Source: Rubrobacteraceae bacterium (GTDB lineage Bacteria; Actinomycetota; Rubrobacteria; Rubrobacterales; Rubrobacteraceae). Taken from it: 64,000 bases of DNA. A program made the position numbers and the translations under genes. The notes beneath the pieces are model-generated. The model worked only from the letters and a program-made list of their open reading frames with translations, searched no databases and was not told where the DNA came from. Of this stretch, positions 1 through 9,147 are shown one piece after another (within the stretch, counting starts at the first letter, position 1; each line of letters opens with the position of its first letter). The DNA is taken from assembly GCA_041745215.1 (NCBI GenBank), contig JBGTJJ010000040.1:15309-79308 (forward strand), written 5' to 3'.

Positions 1-19
1 TGGTCTCGGGGGCCGGGAG

Positions 20-502
20 ATGACGGCTTCGGGGCACAGCAAAGACTTCATTCTGAAGGTCGTGCAGCCGAGCCTGGTCGGATTGATGGATGGGTCGGTC
101 TCGACGTTGGCGCCGTTGTTTGCGACGGCATTTGCGACGCGGGAACCGAGGGTGACGTTTCTGGTGGGGTTGGCGGCTGCGGTTGGGGCGGCGATCAGCA
201 TGGGGTTCTCTGAGGGACTCTCGGACGACGGTTCGCTCACCGGCCGCGGGCATCCTTTCTTGAGAGGGCTCATTACCGGCGTCGCGACCTTTATCGGTGG
301 GATACTGCACACGTTGCCGTTCTTGTTGTCGCACGTTGACCTCGCGCTGTACGTGGCGTTCGTGGTTGTGGGCGCGGAGCTTCTGGCGATCTCCTTTATC
401 CGCTACCGTTACTTCAGCATGAGCTTCTGGATGTCGGCGCTGCAAGTCATCCTGGGCGGCGCGCTGGTCTTCGCGGCGGGCATCCTGATCGGGAGCGCGT
501 AA
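20..502 (+). CDS. VIT1/CCC1-family membrane protein (putative Fe/Mn transporter)
   Basis: 160-aa ORF with GGGAG just upstream. Multiple hydrophobic helices and the segment LVGLMDGSVSTLAPLF resemble the VIT family. Family call from memory. Confidence 0.55.
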   Translation: MTASGHSKDFILKVVQPSLVGLMDGSVSTLAPLFATAFATREPRVTFLVGLAAAVGAAISMGFSEGLSDDGSLTGRGHPFLRGLITGVATFIGGILHTLPFLLSHVDLALYVAFVVVGAELLAISFIRYRYFSMSFWMSALQVILGGALVFAAGILIGSA

Positions 503-509
503 GCGACTC

Positions 510-1760
510 TTAGCGCACCGCCCTACCCGCGTCTATCCTTCCATGGCCGTAATAGATATCCCGTCCCCGGCGCCCGAGGTCCCTGGCCGTTCCCTGCATC
601 CGGCCCCGAATCTGCTTTTTGTTGAGGCCTTGAGAAGCTAGAAGTCCGGCCAGCGCGGCGGCGTTGGGGCTCGACATGCTGGTGCCACTGTAGCGCCGGT
701 ATCCTCCGGGTACGGTGGAGAAGATATTGGTTCCCGGAGCGGCCACGTCCACCCACCGTCCGTAGTTGGAGAAGCCCGCCCGCCGGTCTCCGCCGGTAGT
801 CGCGGCCACGGCGATGGCCCGTCCATAGGCGGCCGGATAACTCTGCCGGCTCGTGTCTTCGTTGCCCGCCGCCGCGACGACGACCGCCCCCCTACGCCAG
901 GCGCGGTTTACAGCCCGCTCAATGGCGAGAGTCTTGCCTGACGAACCAAATGAAAGGTTTACCACCCTGGCGCCCCGGTTCACCGACCAGTTAATCCCCC
1001 TGGCAGCGTCCGAGGCGTAGACCCCGCGCCGGTCGCCGACCTTGGCTACCAGCAACCTGCAACTCGGACACCCTCCGGCGACGCCCCGGCGGTTGTCGGT
1101 ATTGGCGGCGACTATCCCGGAAACGTGCGTCCCGTGGCCGACCTGGTCGTCCGCCGCGCCATCGCCGTTTACGAAGTCCCGCTGGGCGGCTATCTTTCCC
1201 CTGAGGTCCGGATGACGGGCAGTTATGCCGCTGTCCACTACGCCAACCTTTACCCCCCTGCCGAGCGTTTTGTTCCACGCTGCGGGATAGCCTGGCTTCT
1301 TCAGTCCCCATTGCCGTTTGAAGAGCCTGTCGTTCGGCACGTAGTCGAACTGGAGCAGGTAATTGTAGTCCGCCGATTCGACGGCCGGATTTTTTTCGAG
1401 CTTCTTCCTTATCTGTTCCAGCGCTTCCTCACGGGCCTGTTGCGCCCGGTTGTTCTTGATCTCGGGGAAGGAGATGAGCACGGTTTCGACGTCCGTCAAA
1501 GTCTCCTTTCTCTCCGCGCTGGTAGATCGGATCAAGCCTTTCACCTTTTCCCCGTCGGCGCCGGGTTCCAGAGAAACGAGCAACTCCCCTGCCGCGTAGG
1601 GAGCGCCCGCCGGACCCCGGTCTATGGCGACTTCCGGCGTCTCCCCCCGAGCCATCGGCGCCGCGGCGAGCAGGACCAGAGCGCTTGCGACCGCCAACAC
1701 CAGGGCGACCAACTGCTTCCGGAAACGTCTTGCAAATACTTCGACGGAATCGTTCTTCAC
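510..1760 (-). CDS. secreted S8 (subtilisin-like) serine peptidase with N-terminal propeptide
   Basis: Catalytic triad motifs VGVVDSG, HGTHVSG and GTSMSSP. N-terminal hydrophobic signal LVALVLAVASALVLLAAAP. Confidence 0.85.
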   Translation of the reverse strand: MKNDSVEVFARRFRKQLVALVLAVASALVLLAAAPMARGETPEVAIDRGPAGAPYAAGELLVSLEPGADGEKVKGLIRSTSAERKETLTDVETVLISFPEIKNNRAQQAREEALEQIRKKLEKNPAVESADYNYLLQFDYVPNDRLFKRQWGLKKPGYPAAWNKTLGRGVKVGVVDSGITARHPDLRGKIAAQRDFVNGDGAADDQVGHGTHVSGIVAANTDNRRGVAGGCPSCRLLVAKVGDRRGVYASDAARGINWSVNRGARVVNLSFGSSGKTLAIERAVNRAWRRGAVVVAAAGNEDTSRQSYPAAYGRAIAVAATTGGDRRAGFSNYGRWVDVAAPGTNIFSTVPGGYRRYSGTSMSSPNAAALAGLLASQGLNKKQIRGRMQGTARDLGRRGRDIYYGHGRIDAGRAVR

Positions 1761-1803
1761 TAGGTTGAATCCCCCTTCACGCGGTTCTCCGAACCGATCC
1801 TAC

Positions 1804-3030
1804 TCACTTGACAGCCTTGTTCGCTCTAATACGTCCGTGTCCGTAGTAAGGATCGCGCCCTCTCGGTCCGAGGTCCCGCGCGGTAAGGAGGATGCGACGA
1901 CGGATTGTTTCCGGTCTCTTTATTTTGGTGGCGATAAGTCCAGCCAGGGCTGAAACGTGCGGTGCGGCCTGGCTGGTACCACTGAAGGTGCCGTATCCAC
2001 CGGGAACAGTGGAGAAAATACCGATGCCGGGAGCAGCTACGTCCACCCAACCTCCGTATCCGGCGTTGCCAGCCCGTCGATCATGCCTGTCAGTCGAAGT
2101 CGTGGCTAAGACGCTTCGGTAGGCGCCCGGATATACCGGGGACCTGGTACCGTCATTTCCGGAAATGGACACTACCAGCGCCCCTTTTCCTGCCGCGTAG
2201 CGAACCGCTTTGTGTAGAGCACTAGAATCCCCAGTACCGTAAGCTGAAATGTTGATTACTCTGGCTCCCTTATCCGCGCTCCATATGACAGCATCCACCA
2301 TGTCGTTATAGTAGTACCATCCCTCGGATCCGATAACCTTGGCGGACAGAAGCCTGCAGTTCGGACAGCCACCGGCTATTCCCCTTCTATTCCCTGTCCT
2401 GGCAGCCACCACACCGGACACGTGAGTACCATGTCCGGTCGTGTCTTCGACGGTTTTGTTGTTATTCCTGAAATCCCACCTGGCAGCTACCTTAAGCCTG
2501 AACTCTATGTGACGCACGTCCAGACCACTGTCCACTACAGCTACCTTTATTCCGCCTCCACGAGACCTGTTCCATGCTTTCTCGAAGCCGGTCTTCTTGA
2601 GGCCCCACTGTAACCGGAACTTGGGATCTTTGGGCGTGTAGCCCGCCACGCCTATGTAATTGTAGTCAACACTCTCTACGGCGGGGTCTTTTTCCAGGTC
2701 TTCCTTTTTCAGCTCCAGGCTCTGTTCACGCACTTTCTGGGCACGTTCATTCTTTAGTACGGGGAATTCGAGAACCTGGGCGTCTATCTCGGGGATTTCG
2801 TCTTCCAGGTCGGCCCTAGCCTCCCGCTTGACCTCCCCCATCTTCTCTTCGGAGGCATCCTCTTTGTAGGTGACGATCAACTCGCCCGCCGCGTAAGGAG
2901 ATCCGGCAGGGTCTTCGTCTACGAGCTCCTCTACGGAGGACTGTCCCCGCGCGGATGAAGAGATAACTAGAAGCGCCACGGCGCCGAGCAGGGCCGCCAA
3001 GAAAACAACTGCCTGCCGCCTCAGAACCAC
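1804..3030 (-). CDS. secreted S8 serine peptidase, tandem paralog
   Basis: Motifs VAVVDSG, HGTHVSG and GTSQAAP. Signal peptide present. Collinear similarity to the 510..1760 product (PYAAGEL, DYNY, QWGLKK, GGCP.CRLL). Confidence 0.85.
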   Translation of the reverse strand: MVLRRQAVVFLAALLGAVALLVISSSARGQSSVEELVDEDPAGSPYAAGELIVTYKEDASEEKMGEVKREARADLEDEIPEIDAQVLEFPVLKNERAQKVREQSLELKKEDLEKDPAVESVDYNYIGVAGYTPKDPKFRLQWGLKKTGFEKAWNRSRGGGIKVAVVDSGLDVRHIEFRLKVAARWDFRNNNKTVEDTTGHGTHVSGVVAARTGNRRGIAGGCPNCRLLSAKVIGSEGWYYYNDMVDAVIWSADKGARVINISAYGTGDSSALHKAVRYAAGKGALVVSISGNDGTRSPVYPGAYRSVLATTSTDRHDRRAGNAGYGGWVDVAAPGIGIFSTVPGGYGTFSGTSQAAPHVSALAGLIATKIKRPETIRRRILLTARDLGPRGRDPYYGHGRIRANKAVK

Positions 3031-3266
3031 TTATCCCCCTCCAGCCCTGGCTCCCTCTCAAGACAGGGAACTTTTCGCTCGATCATTTTCGATTTTACTT
3101 GGACCCGCCCCTATCGCGGTTTCGAGAGTGGCTCCACCCTCCCCGCCCATGTATCACCGGATTCTATACCGGCGACCGTGGCCCGTCTATCTTTCTGTCT
3201 ATGTCTATCGGTACGTTGGGCGGGGAGCTTTAAGCGTTGGCGTGAGTTGTTTGGGGCTGACTCCGG

Positions 3267-3620
3267 TTAGCCTTGTGGCGACTCGTAAAGCTGGAGATCG
3301 TTGCCCTCGGAGTCTTTGAAGGTGGCTATCCGGCCCCAGTCGTGGTCGGAGATCCCACTGGCCTCGACGCCCTTACTCTTGAGGTCTTCGATGGCCGCCT
3401 CGATGCCCTCGCCGGGCTGGAAGGTCAAGACCGGACCACCCTCTACGCCGGCCCCGCCGGGCTCCCGGCCGTTCAGGCCGATCCTCATGCCTTCTACCTC
3501 GTACTCGACCCAGTCCCCATCACGCTTCACCTGCGAAAGGCCCAGGGTATTCTCGTAGAACTCGACGGCCCGATCGGTGTCTTCGACCGGCATCCAGACG
3601 TTGGCTATTCCCATTGCCAT
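3267..3620 (-). CDS. VOC (glyoxalase/bleomycin-resistance/dioxygenase) family protein
   Basis: 117 aa. N-terminal pattern VWMPVEDTDRAVEFYENTLGL and C-terminal FKDSEGNDLQLYE are typical of the VOC fold. Confidence 0.7.
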   Translation of the reverse strand: MAMGIANVWMPVEDTDRAVEFYENTLGLSQVKRDGDWVEYEVEGMRIGLNGREPGGAGVEGGPVLTFQPGEGIEAAIEDLKSKGVEASGISDHDWGRIATFKDSEGNDLQLYESPQG

Positions 3621-3652
3621 GCTTGGTTCCTCCCTCTTCTGTTGCTTATACG

Positions 3653-4315
3653 TTAGCCTAATACTTGCAGGAAGTGTTCGACTATTCTGTGTTCGACTTC
3701 ATCAAGTGGTATTTTTCCCGCCAACTCTTTTTCCAAACTCGTAACGCCGAACTCCCGGATACCGCATGGTGTGATCCGGTCGAACCAGGAGAGATCCGTG
3801 CCTACGTTCAGGGCAAAGCCGTGAGAGGTGATCCAACCGGACGAGAACTTTACCCCGATGGCGCAGATTTTGCACTCTCCAACCCACACCCCCGTGTATT
3901 CCGGATGCCGCCAGCCTTCGAGACCGTAGTCTCCGAGCACCCGGATAACCACCTCTTCCAGGTCTCGTAAATATTTGTGGGTGTCGCGCACTTTCAGACG
4001 CAGGATCGGGTAGCCGACGATCTGACCCGGCCCGTGAAACGTCGCATCTCCCCCGCGATCGCTCCAGAACACCTCCGCCCCGAGCGAGCGCAAGTAGCCC
4101 TCCCCCGCCCCGAGGTTGGAGGCGTCACTCGCCGCCTTACCCACGGTAAAGACCGGCGAATGCTCTAAAAGAACGAGGGTATCCGGGATCTCATCACGCT
4201 TCCGCTGCCGAACGAGGTCCTTCTGCAAGTCCCAGCCCTCAGCGTAAGGTACGAGCCCCGGCAAACGTCGAACCTCGATACCGAGATTCGACTTTACGGG
4301 CTCAGGCTGCAACAT
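3653..4315 (-). CDS. lipB: lipoyl(octanoyl) transferase
   Basis: Motifs LLEHSPVFTVG, RGGDATFHGPGQ and KICAIGV. Lies in a lipoate gene neighbourhood. Confidence 0.85.
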   Translation of the reverse strand: MLQPEPVKSNLGIEVRRLPGLVPYAEGWDLQKDLVRQRKRDEIPDTLVLLEHSPVFTVGKAASDASNLGAGEGYLRSLGAEVFWSDRGGDATFHGPGQIVGYPILRLKVRDTHKYLRDLEEVVIRVLGDYGLEGWRHPEYTGVWVGECKICAIGVKFSSGWITSHGFALNVGTDLSWFDRITPCGIREFGVTSLEKELAGKIPLDEVEHRIVEHFLQVLG

Positions 4316-4562
4316 ATTCGCGTATATCTACCAAAACTCCCGCACGCGCTGCTTCCTCAGCCGCCGAAAGTAAACGAGTAGTGGTTTCCTCATCTACGTA
4401 CTCTTCTCCGCACACCTGACATACTCTAGCCGGTACTTTCCTGAACACTAGAACCATCTCACCTCGCTCCAGGGTAACCGTGGCAGTACCTGGTTGCACC
4501 TCTCCTTGCTTACACACAACACATTTCAAAGCGTTCGCTTCTTTCTGAAACCAGATTCCCAA
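4302..4562 (-). CDS. YgiT/MqsA-type zinc-ribbon protein (putative antitoxin, no HTH domain)
   Basis: 86 aa with two CxxC pairs (CVVCKQG and CQVCGEEY). Overlaps the upstream DUF4258-like ORF by 37 nt and the lipB start by 14 nt. Confidence 0.6.
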   Translation of the reverse strand: MGIWFQKEANALKCVVCKQGEVQPGTATVTLERGEMVLVFRKVPARVCQVCGEEYVDEETTTRLLSAAEEAARAGVLVDIREYVAA

Positions 4563-4804
4563 AGTTCCAGCGTAGGCTCGTAGACGGTTATTACGAAAGT
4601 CTCATCGCCTTCCGTACTGTCTGCAGCCCCCACGTGGATCGGCGACGAGCCTCGCCAGCCCAGGACTAGCCGGCTTGGGTAGGGTCTATCTTCCGGATAT
4701 TCCTGGATTATCTCTCCCATCTCCAGTACACGCCGAACGTCCTCGCTACCAATCTGTCGCCGGAACATGCGTTGTATGGCGTGTACTCGAAAGACAAGTC
4801 GCAC
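4526..4804 (-). CDS. DUF4258-family protein (putative toxin)
   Basis: 92 aa with the pattern HAIQRMFRRQI...EYPEDRPYPSRLVLG...PIHV...VITVYEP characteristic of DUF4258. Confidence 0.65.
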   Translation of the reverse strand: MRLVFRVHAIQRMFRRQIGSEDVRRVLEMGEIIQEYPEDRPYPSRLVLGWRGSSPIHVGAADSTEGDETFVITVYEPTLELWESGFRKKRTL

Positions 4805-4825
4805 CGCTAATCGTAGTAGGTCTCT

Positions 4826-5845
4826 CTAAACGCCCGCCCCGACTTTTTGGGCGTCGGCGGTCTGCTCGTGGGCGTGGTACGAGCTGCGGACGAGCGGGCC
4901 GCTCTCGACGTGCTTGAACCCTAGCTCGTCGAGACCGTAACGCCTCAGCAACGCGAACTCCTTAGGCGTGTAGTAGCGGCTCATCGGCAGGTGGTTCTCC
5001 GAGGGCCGCAGGTACTGGCCGATGGTCAGGATGTCCACGTCGTGCTCGCGCAGGTCGCGCATCGTCTGGTGAAGCTCCTCTTCCGTCTCACCGAGCCCCA
5101 CCATGAAACCGCTCTTGGTCAGCCCGTCGGGGTTTAGCTCTTTGGCGTGCTGGAGCACCTCCAGTGAACGCCGGTACTTGGCCTGCGGCCGAACCGCCGG
5201 ATAGAGTCGTGGCACTGTTTCGATATTATGGTTGAAAGTGGCGGGACGGGCCTCTATGACGGTCTTTATGGCGTCCTTGTCGCCCTTGAAGTCCGGGGTC
5301 AGGACCTCCACGGCGCATTCGGGGACCTCTTCTTTTATCGCCCCAATCGTGGCGGCGAAGATGGATGCCCCCCCGTCGGCCAACTCGTCACGGTTTACCG
5401 AAGTTATGACGGCGTGCCGGAGTCCCATCTGCTTCGCGGCATCGGCGACGCGGTAGGGTTCGTCCAGGTCCAGTTCCGATGGCTTGCCGGTCAGCACGGC
5501 GCAGAAGCCGCAGGAGCGGGTGCAGACGTTGCCCAGGATCATGAACGTGGCGGTCCGGTTGTTCCAACACTCACCGATGTTCGGGCAGCGGGCCTCTTCG
5601 CAGACTGTGTGGAGCGAGAGGCCGCGCATGGTCTCTTTGATCTCTTTGTAGGTCTCGCCGCCGGGGACGCGGGCTTTCAGCCAATCGGGACGCCCGTGGT
5701 CGCCGCGCTGTTGCTTGAACGGCAGGTATTCTGCGGGAGTTCCATCGGGCGGCGGCGCCACGGGACGGTCTTCCCAGCGATGGCGCACCTCGAAAGTGCG
5801 CGTGCCGTCGTCGAGAACCTTCAGGTTTACCTGTCTGCGAGCCAC
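4826..5845 (-). CDS. lipA: lipoyl synthase (radical SAM)
   Basis: Auxiliary cluster [12 protein letters not shown] and radical-SAM motif CTRSCGFC. Full-length similarity pattern to LipA. Confidence 0.95.
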   Translation of the reverse strand: MARRQVNLKVLDDGTRTFEVRHRWEDRPVAPPPDGTPAEYLPFKQQRGDHGRPDWLKARVPGGETYKEIKETMRGLSLHTVCEEARCPNIGECWNNRTATFMILGNVCTRSCGFCAVLTGKPSELDLDEPYRVADAAKQMGLRHAVITSVNRDELADGGASIFAATIGAIKEEVPECAVEVLTPDFKGDKDAIKTVIEARPATFNHNIETVPRLYPAVRPQAKYRRSLEVLQHAKELNPDGLTKSGFMVGLGETEEELHQTMRDLREHDVDILTIGQYLRPSENHLPMSRYYTPKEFALLRRYGLDELGFKHVESGPLVRSSYHAHEQTADAQKVGAGV

Positions 5846-5949
5846 CGCTCTCCTCTTTCCTAGCTCCTATGTCTGTCTATATGGTAACCCACGATGGGGC
5901 CGCGACTGTGAATCCTGCCCGGCCCCGTCGTGACGGATTTTTACAGTTC

Positions 5950-7437
5950 CTACATGTGGATGGCGTGTCCGTCGACGGCCATCGAAGCCTCGGCTATTAC
6001 TTCCGATAGGCTCGGGTGCGGGTGGATGGTCATCCCGATCTCCTGCGGCGTGCCCTCGACTAGCTTGGCGAAGACTCCCTCGGTGATGAGATCCGTCACC
6101 TTCGGGCCGATGGCGTGCATCCCGAGCAGCACGTCGGTCTCCGCGTCCGAGACGACCTTTACGAAGCCGTTCGGTTCGCCTTCGATCAGGGCTTTGCCGA
6201 TGGCCCGGAAGGGGAACTTGGATTCCTTGACCTCGTAGCCTTCTTCCTCGGCTTCGGCTTTCGTGAGGCCGAAGGATGCCACTTCGGGACGGCAGAAGGT
6301 GACGCGCGGGACGAGCGTCTGGTCCATCGGCATCGGGTTCTCGCCAGCCATGTGCTCCACGGCGATTATGCCCTCGTGGCCGGCGGCGTGGGCCAGCCAG
6401 TAGCCCCCGATCACATCTCCGGCGGCGTAGACGCCGTCCTCGCCGGTCTGTCCGAAGCCGTCCACCTGGATCTCACCCCGGTCGTTGAGCTCCACACCAA
6501 TTGCATCGAGGTTTAGCTCTTCGGTGACGGTCTTACGGCCCACGGCGACCAGGATGCACTCGGCCTCCAGGGTCTCGCCGCCTCCTTCACCCTCGCCGGT
6601 CGGGGCGTCACCGCCGCCGTAGCTGCCGCTCTCGCCCTCGGCCTCTTCCTTCTCTTCACCGGCGTCGGAGATGCTTATCTTTATGCCGTCGTCGGTCTTT
6701 TCGAGGCTTTTGGGGTCGGCCATGGTGCTGGTAAGGACCTTGATGTCGCGGCTGTCGAACTCCTTCTGAAGTTCGGTGGAGATCTCCGGGTCCTCCAGCG
6801 GCACAATACGGTCCAGCAACTCGACTACCGTAACGTCGGCGCCGAAGTCATTGAACATGCTGGCGAACTCGACGCCCACGGCCCCGGAGCCGAGGATTAT
6901 GATCGACTCTGGGATGCTATCCATCTCGGTGATCACGTAATCGCTCGATAGGACTTTATCTCCGTCGAAGTCCAGCCCCGGCAGGCTCTTGACAGCCGAG
7001 CCGGTGGAGATGAGCACGTTGTCCGCCTCCAACTCCTCCTCGCCGTCTGCGGTCTCCACTTTGATCTTCTTTGGCTCGACGAAGCTGCCGGTCCCGTTGT
7101 AGACCTGTACTTTGTTCTTCTTCATCAGGCCTGATACGCCCTTGCGAAGCTGGCCCATGACCTGGTCCTTGTGGCCGGTTACTTTGGAGTAGTCGAGCTC
7201 CACGTCGTTAGCCATGATTCCGAACTGCTCGGCGTGCTTGAAGTCGTTCATCAAGCCCGCGCTGTGCAAGAGCGCCTTGGTCGGGATGCAGCCGAGGTTG
7301 AGGCACGTGCCGCCGAGATATCCGCCTTCGCGCTTCTCGATCAGGGCTACCTTCATTCCCAACTGGCTCGCCCGGATCGCCGGGATGTACCCCCCGTTAC
7401 CGCCGCCGATTACTATGAGATCAAACTTATCCGCCAC
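5950..7437 (-). CDS. lpdA: dihydrolipoyl dehydrogenase (E3) with acidic/Gly-rich insertion
   Basis: FAD motif GGGNGGY, redox disulfide CLNLGCIPTK, NAD motif GSGAVGVE and C-terminal HPHPSLSE. Confidence 0.9.
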   Translation of the reverse strand: MADKFDLIVIGGGNGGYIPAIRASQLGMKVALIEKREGGYLGGTCLNLGCIPTKALLHSAGLMNDFKHAEQFGIMANDVELDYSKVTGHKDQVMGQLRKGVSGLMKKNKVQVYNGTGSFVEPKKIKVETADGEEELEADNVLISTGSAVKSLPGLDFDGDKVLSSDYVITEMDSIPESIIILGSGAVGVEFASMFNDFGADVTVVELLDRIVPLEDPEISTELQKEFDSRDIKVLTSTMADPKSLEKTDDGIKISISDAGEEKEEAEGESGSYGGGDAPTGEGEGGGETLEAECILVAVGRKTVTEELNLDAIGVELNDRGEIQVDGFGQTGEDGVYAAGDVIGGYWLAHAAGHEGIIAVEHMAGENPMPMDQTLVPRVTFCRPEVASFGLTKAEAEEEGYEVKESKFPFRAIGKALIEGEPNGFVKVVSDAETDVLLGMHAIGPKVTDLITEGVFAKLVEGTPQEIGMTIHPHPSLSEVIAEASMAVDGHAIHM

Positions 7438-7458
7438 CCTAAGCTCCTTTCGTTTTGT

Positions 7459-8316
7459 CTACATCAATGATAACTGTTCGCCTTCCCAACTACCATTCTC
7501 TATCTGACACTCCGGACAGTAGTAGGTTGTCCTGCCGCCGACCTGCTCCTGCGACACCTTTCCTCCACACTCCGGACAGGGCTGTCCCCCTCGCTCGAAG
7601 ACCCGCAGATAGTGCTGGTGCTCTCCGGGGCGGCCCAGCAGGTCCCGATGAAACTGCACCGTCGTGCCGCGATGCTCTATACCGGCTTCGAGGTTCTCCC
7701 GGATCGCGGCGTGAAGCGCTCGGCACTCTTCCATAGAGAGCGTGCTGGCCTTGCGCCGGGGATGTATCCGGGCGTCGTAGAGGATCTCGTCGGCGTAGAT
7801 GTTTCCTATCCCGGCGACCAGTCTCTGCTCCATCAACAGAGGTTTTATCCGGGAACGTCGGCCGCCCAGATTCTGCCGCAGGTACTCGACGCTGAAGCCC
7901 TCTTCCAGAGGGTCCGGCCCGAGGTCCGAGAGCCCTTCTTCCAACTCGCCCGGCCCGAAGAGCCGGGCCCGTGTTAGCCGGAGCTCATCCCGCAGATATA
8001 GCCGCTTCTCATCGTCGAGATGGAAGATGAGCATTACGGCCGATTCCGGGACTTCGACCGGCGGCGCGAGCAGTAGCTGGCCCGCGAGCTTTAGCTGCAA
8101 GTCCAGAGAATACTCGCCCTCCAGCTCCAGGATGATGTGCTTCGCGCGGCGCCAGGCGCCGGTTATCTTCACTTCGTTAATATAACGGGCGAACTCCTCT
8201 ATCGAATGCTCTTCTACGAGTGCCGTGTCCGGAACCTCGGTCCGCAGTATCCGGGAGCCCACGACCAACTCGCGCAGGTCTTCCTTGATGGTTTCGGCCT
8301 CGGGGAGCTGTGGCAT
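7459..8316 (-). CDS. mutM: formamidopyrimidine-DNA glycosylase
   Basis: N-terminal MPQLPE with catalytic Pro2 and Glu. H2TH region present. C-terminal zinc finger CPECGG...CPECQ. Confidence 0.9.
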   Translation of the reverse strand: MPQLPEAETIKEDLRELVVGSRILRTEVPDTALVEEHSIEEFARYINEVKITGAWRRAKHIILELEGEYSLDLQLKLAGQLLLAPPVEVPESAVMLIFHLDDEKRLYLRDELRLTRARLFGPGELEEGLSDLGPDPLEEGFSVEYLRQNLGGRRSRIKPLLMEQRLVAGIGNIYADEILYDARIHPRRKASTLSMEECRALHAAIRENLEAGIEHRGTTVQFHRDLLGRPGEHQHYLRVFERGGQPCPECGGKVSQEQVGGRTTYYCPECQIENGSWEGEQLSLM

Positions 8317-8326
8317 CCGGCCTGGT

Positions 8327-9061
8327 TTACTCGCCGGTGTTCAGGGCGTGTGCGGAGACTCGCAACGGAACCGGCTCCCGAAAGACGGCCCGGTAGAGGC
8401 CATCCAGCATGATCGAACGCGTGTCGAGCGAACGGATGGCTCCTTCCCGAACCTTCCGTTGTCCTTCTTCGTCCTCGGCGTAGGGCGCGAGGGCGTCCAT
8501 CATGATCCGGGCGTGGGTTACGTCCATGGTTACGTGGCTGGTGAATATCTCCAACGCCTCATCCGGCAACCCGGCGCTCTTCTTGAGGCCTTCCGCGAGC
8601 CGGACGTAGATCGGGGGCACCGGCCACTCGCTCGCCGGCCCCATCGCCCCGAGTCCCAGCCGCACGTCCGGGTTGCGGCAAAGCTCGTAGTGGACGGTGA
8701 TGTACGACTCTATCTCCGGAAGCGTCCGAGGGGCCGCCCATTCCTCTTCGCTTATGTCCAGGGCGTGAAGAAAACGCCGGTACAGGGCCGGGTGAGTCTC
8801 CGCCGGGTTGAGGTGACCGTACTCGTCCACCAGGACTTCGGCGAGGGCGAGCTGAAGTTTCTCGTCGTCGCGGCAGTTCGAGATCAAAGCCGCCAGGTAC
8901 AACCGGCTGACCCGCACGTGCCGATAGTACTGGATGGCGAACTCCCGCACCCCTTCCGCATCCGCCTCGCCATCCCCAAAGCGTTCCAGGAAAGGATGGA
9001 TCAACGCCGGGTGCCCGATCACATCCCGTTTCAGTTGTTCCAGAAATTGTGTGGAATCCAT
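8327..9061 (-). CDS. heme-oxygenase-like iron-containing redox enzyme family protein (TenA/PqqC/CADD-like fold)
   Basis: 244 aa, all-helical, with the pattern EFAIQYYRHV...EVLVDEYGH...HPALYRRFL typical of this family. Confidence 0.6.
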   Translation of the reverse strand: MDSTQFLEQLKRDVIGHPALIHPFLERFGDGEADAEGVREFAIQYYRHVRVSRLYLAALISNCRDDEKLQLALAEVLVDEYGHLNPAETHPALYRRFLHALDISEEEWAAPRTLPEIESYITVHYELCRNPDVRLGLGAMGPASEWPVPPIYVRLAEGLKKSAGLPDEALEIFTSHVTMDVTHARIMMDALAPYAEDEEGQRKVREGAIRSLDTRSIMLDGLYRAVFREPVPLRVSAHALNTGE

Positions 9062-9147
9062 ATCCGACCTCTCGACATACGCTCTTATTGTTTTAGTTTA
9101 CCGCCCAATCCATAGATTCGTACGGAGACCAGCGGGGCTGGCAGCGG

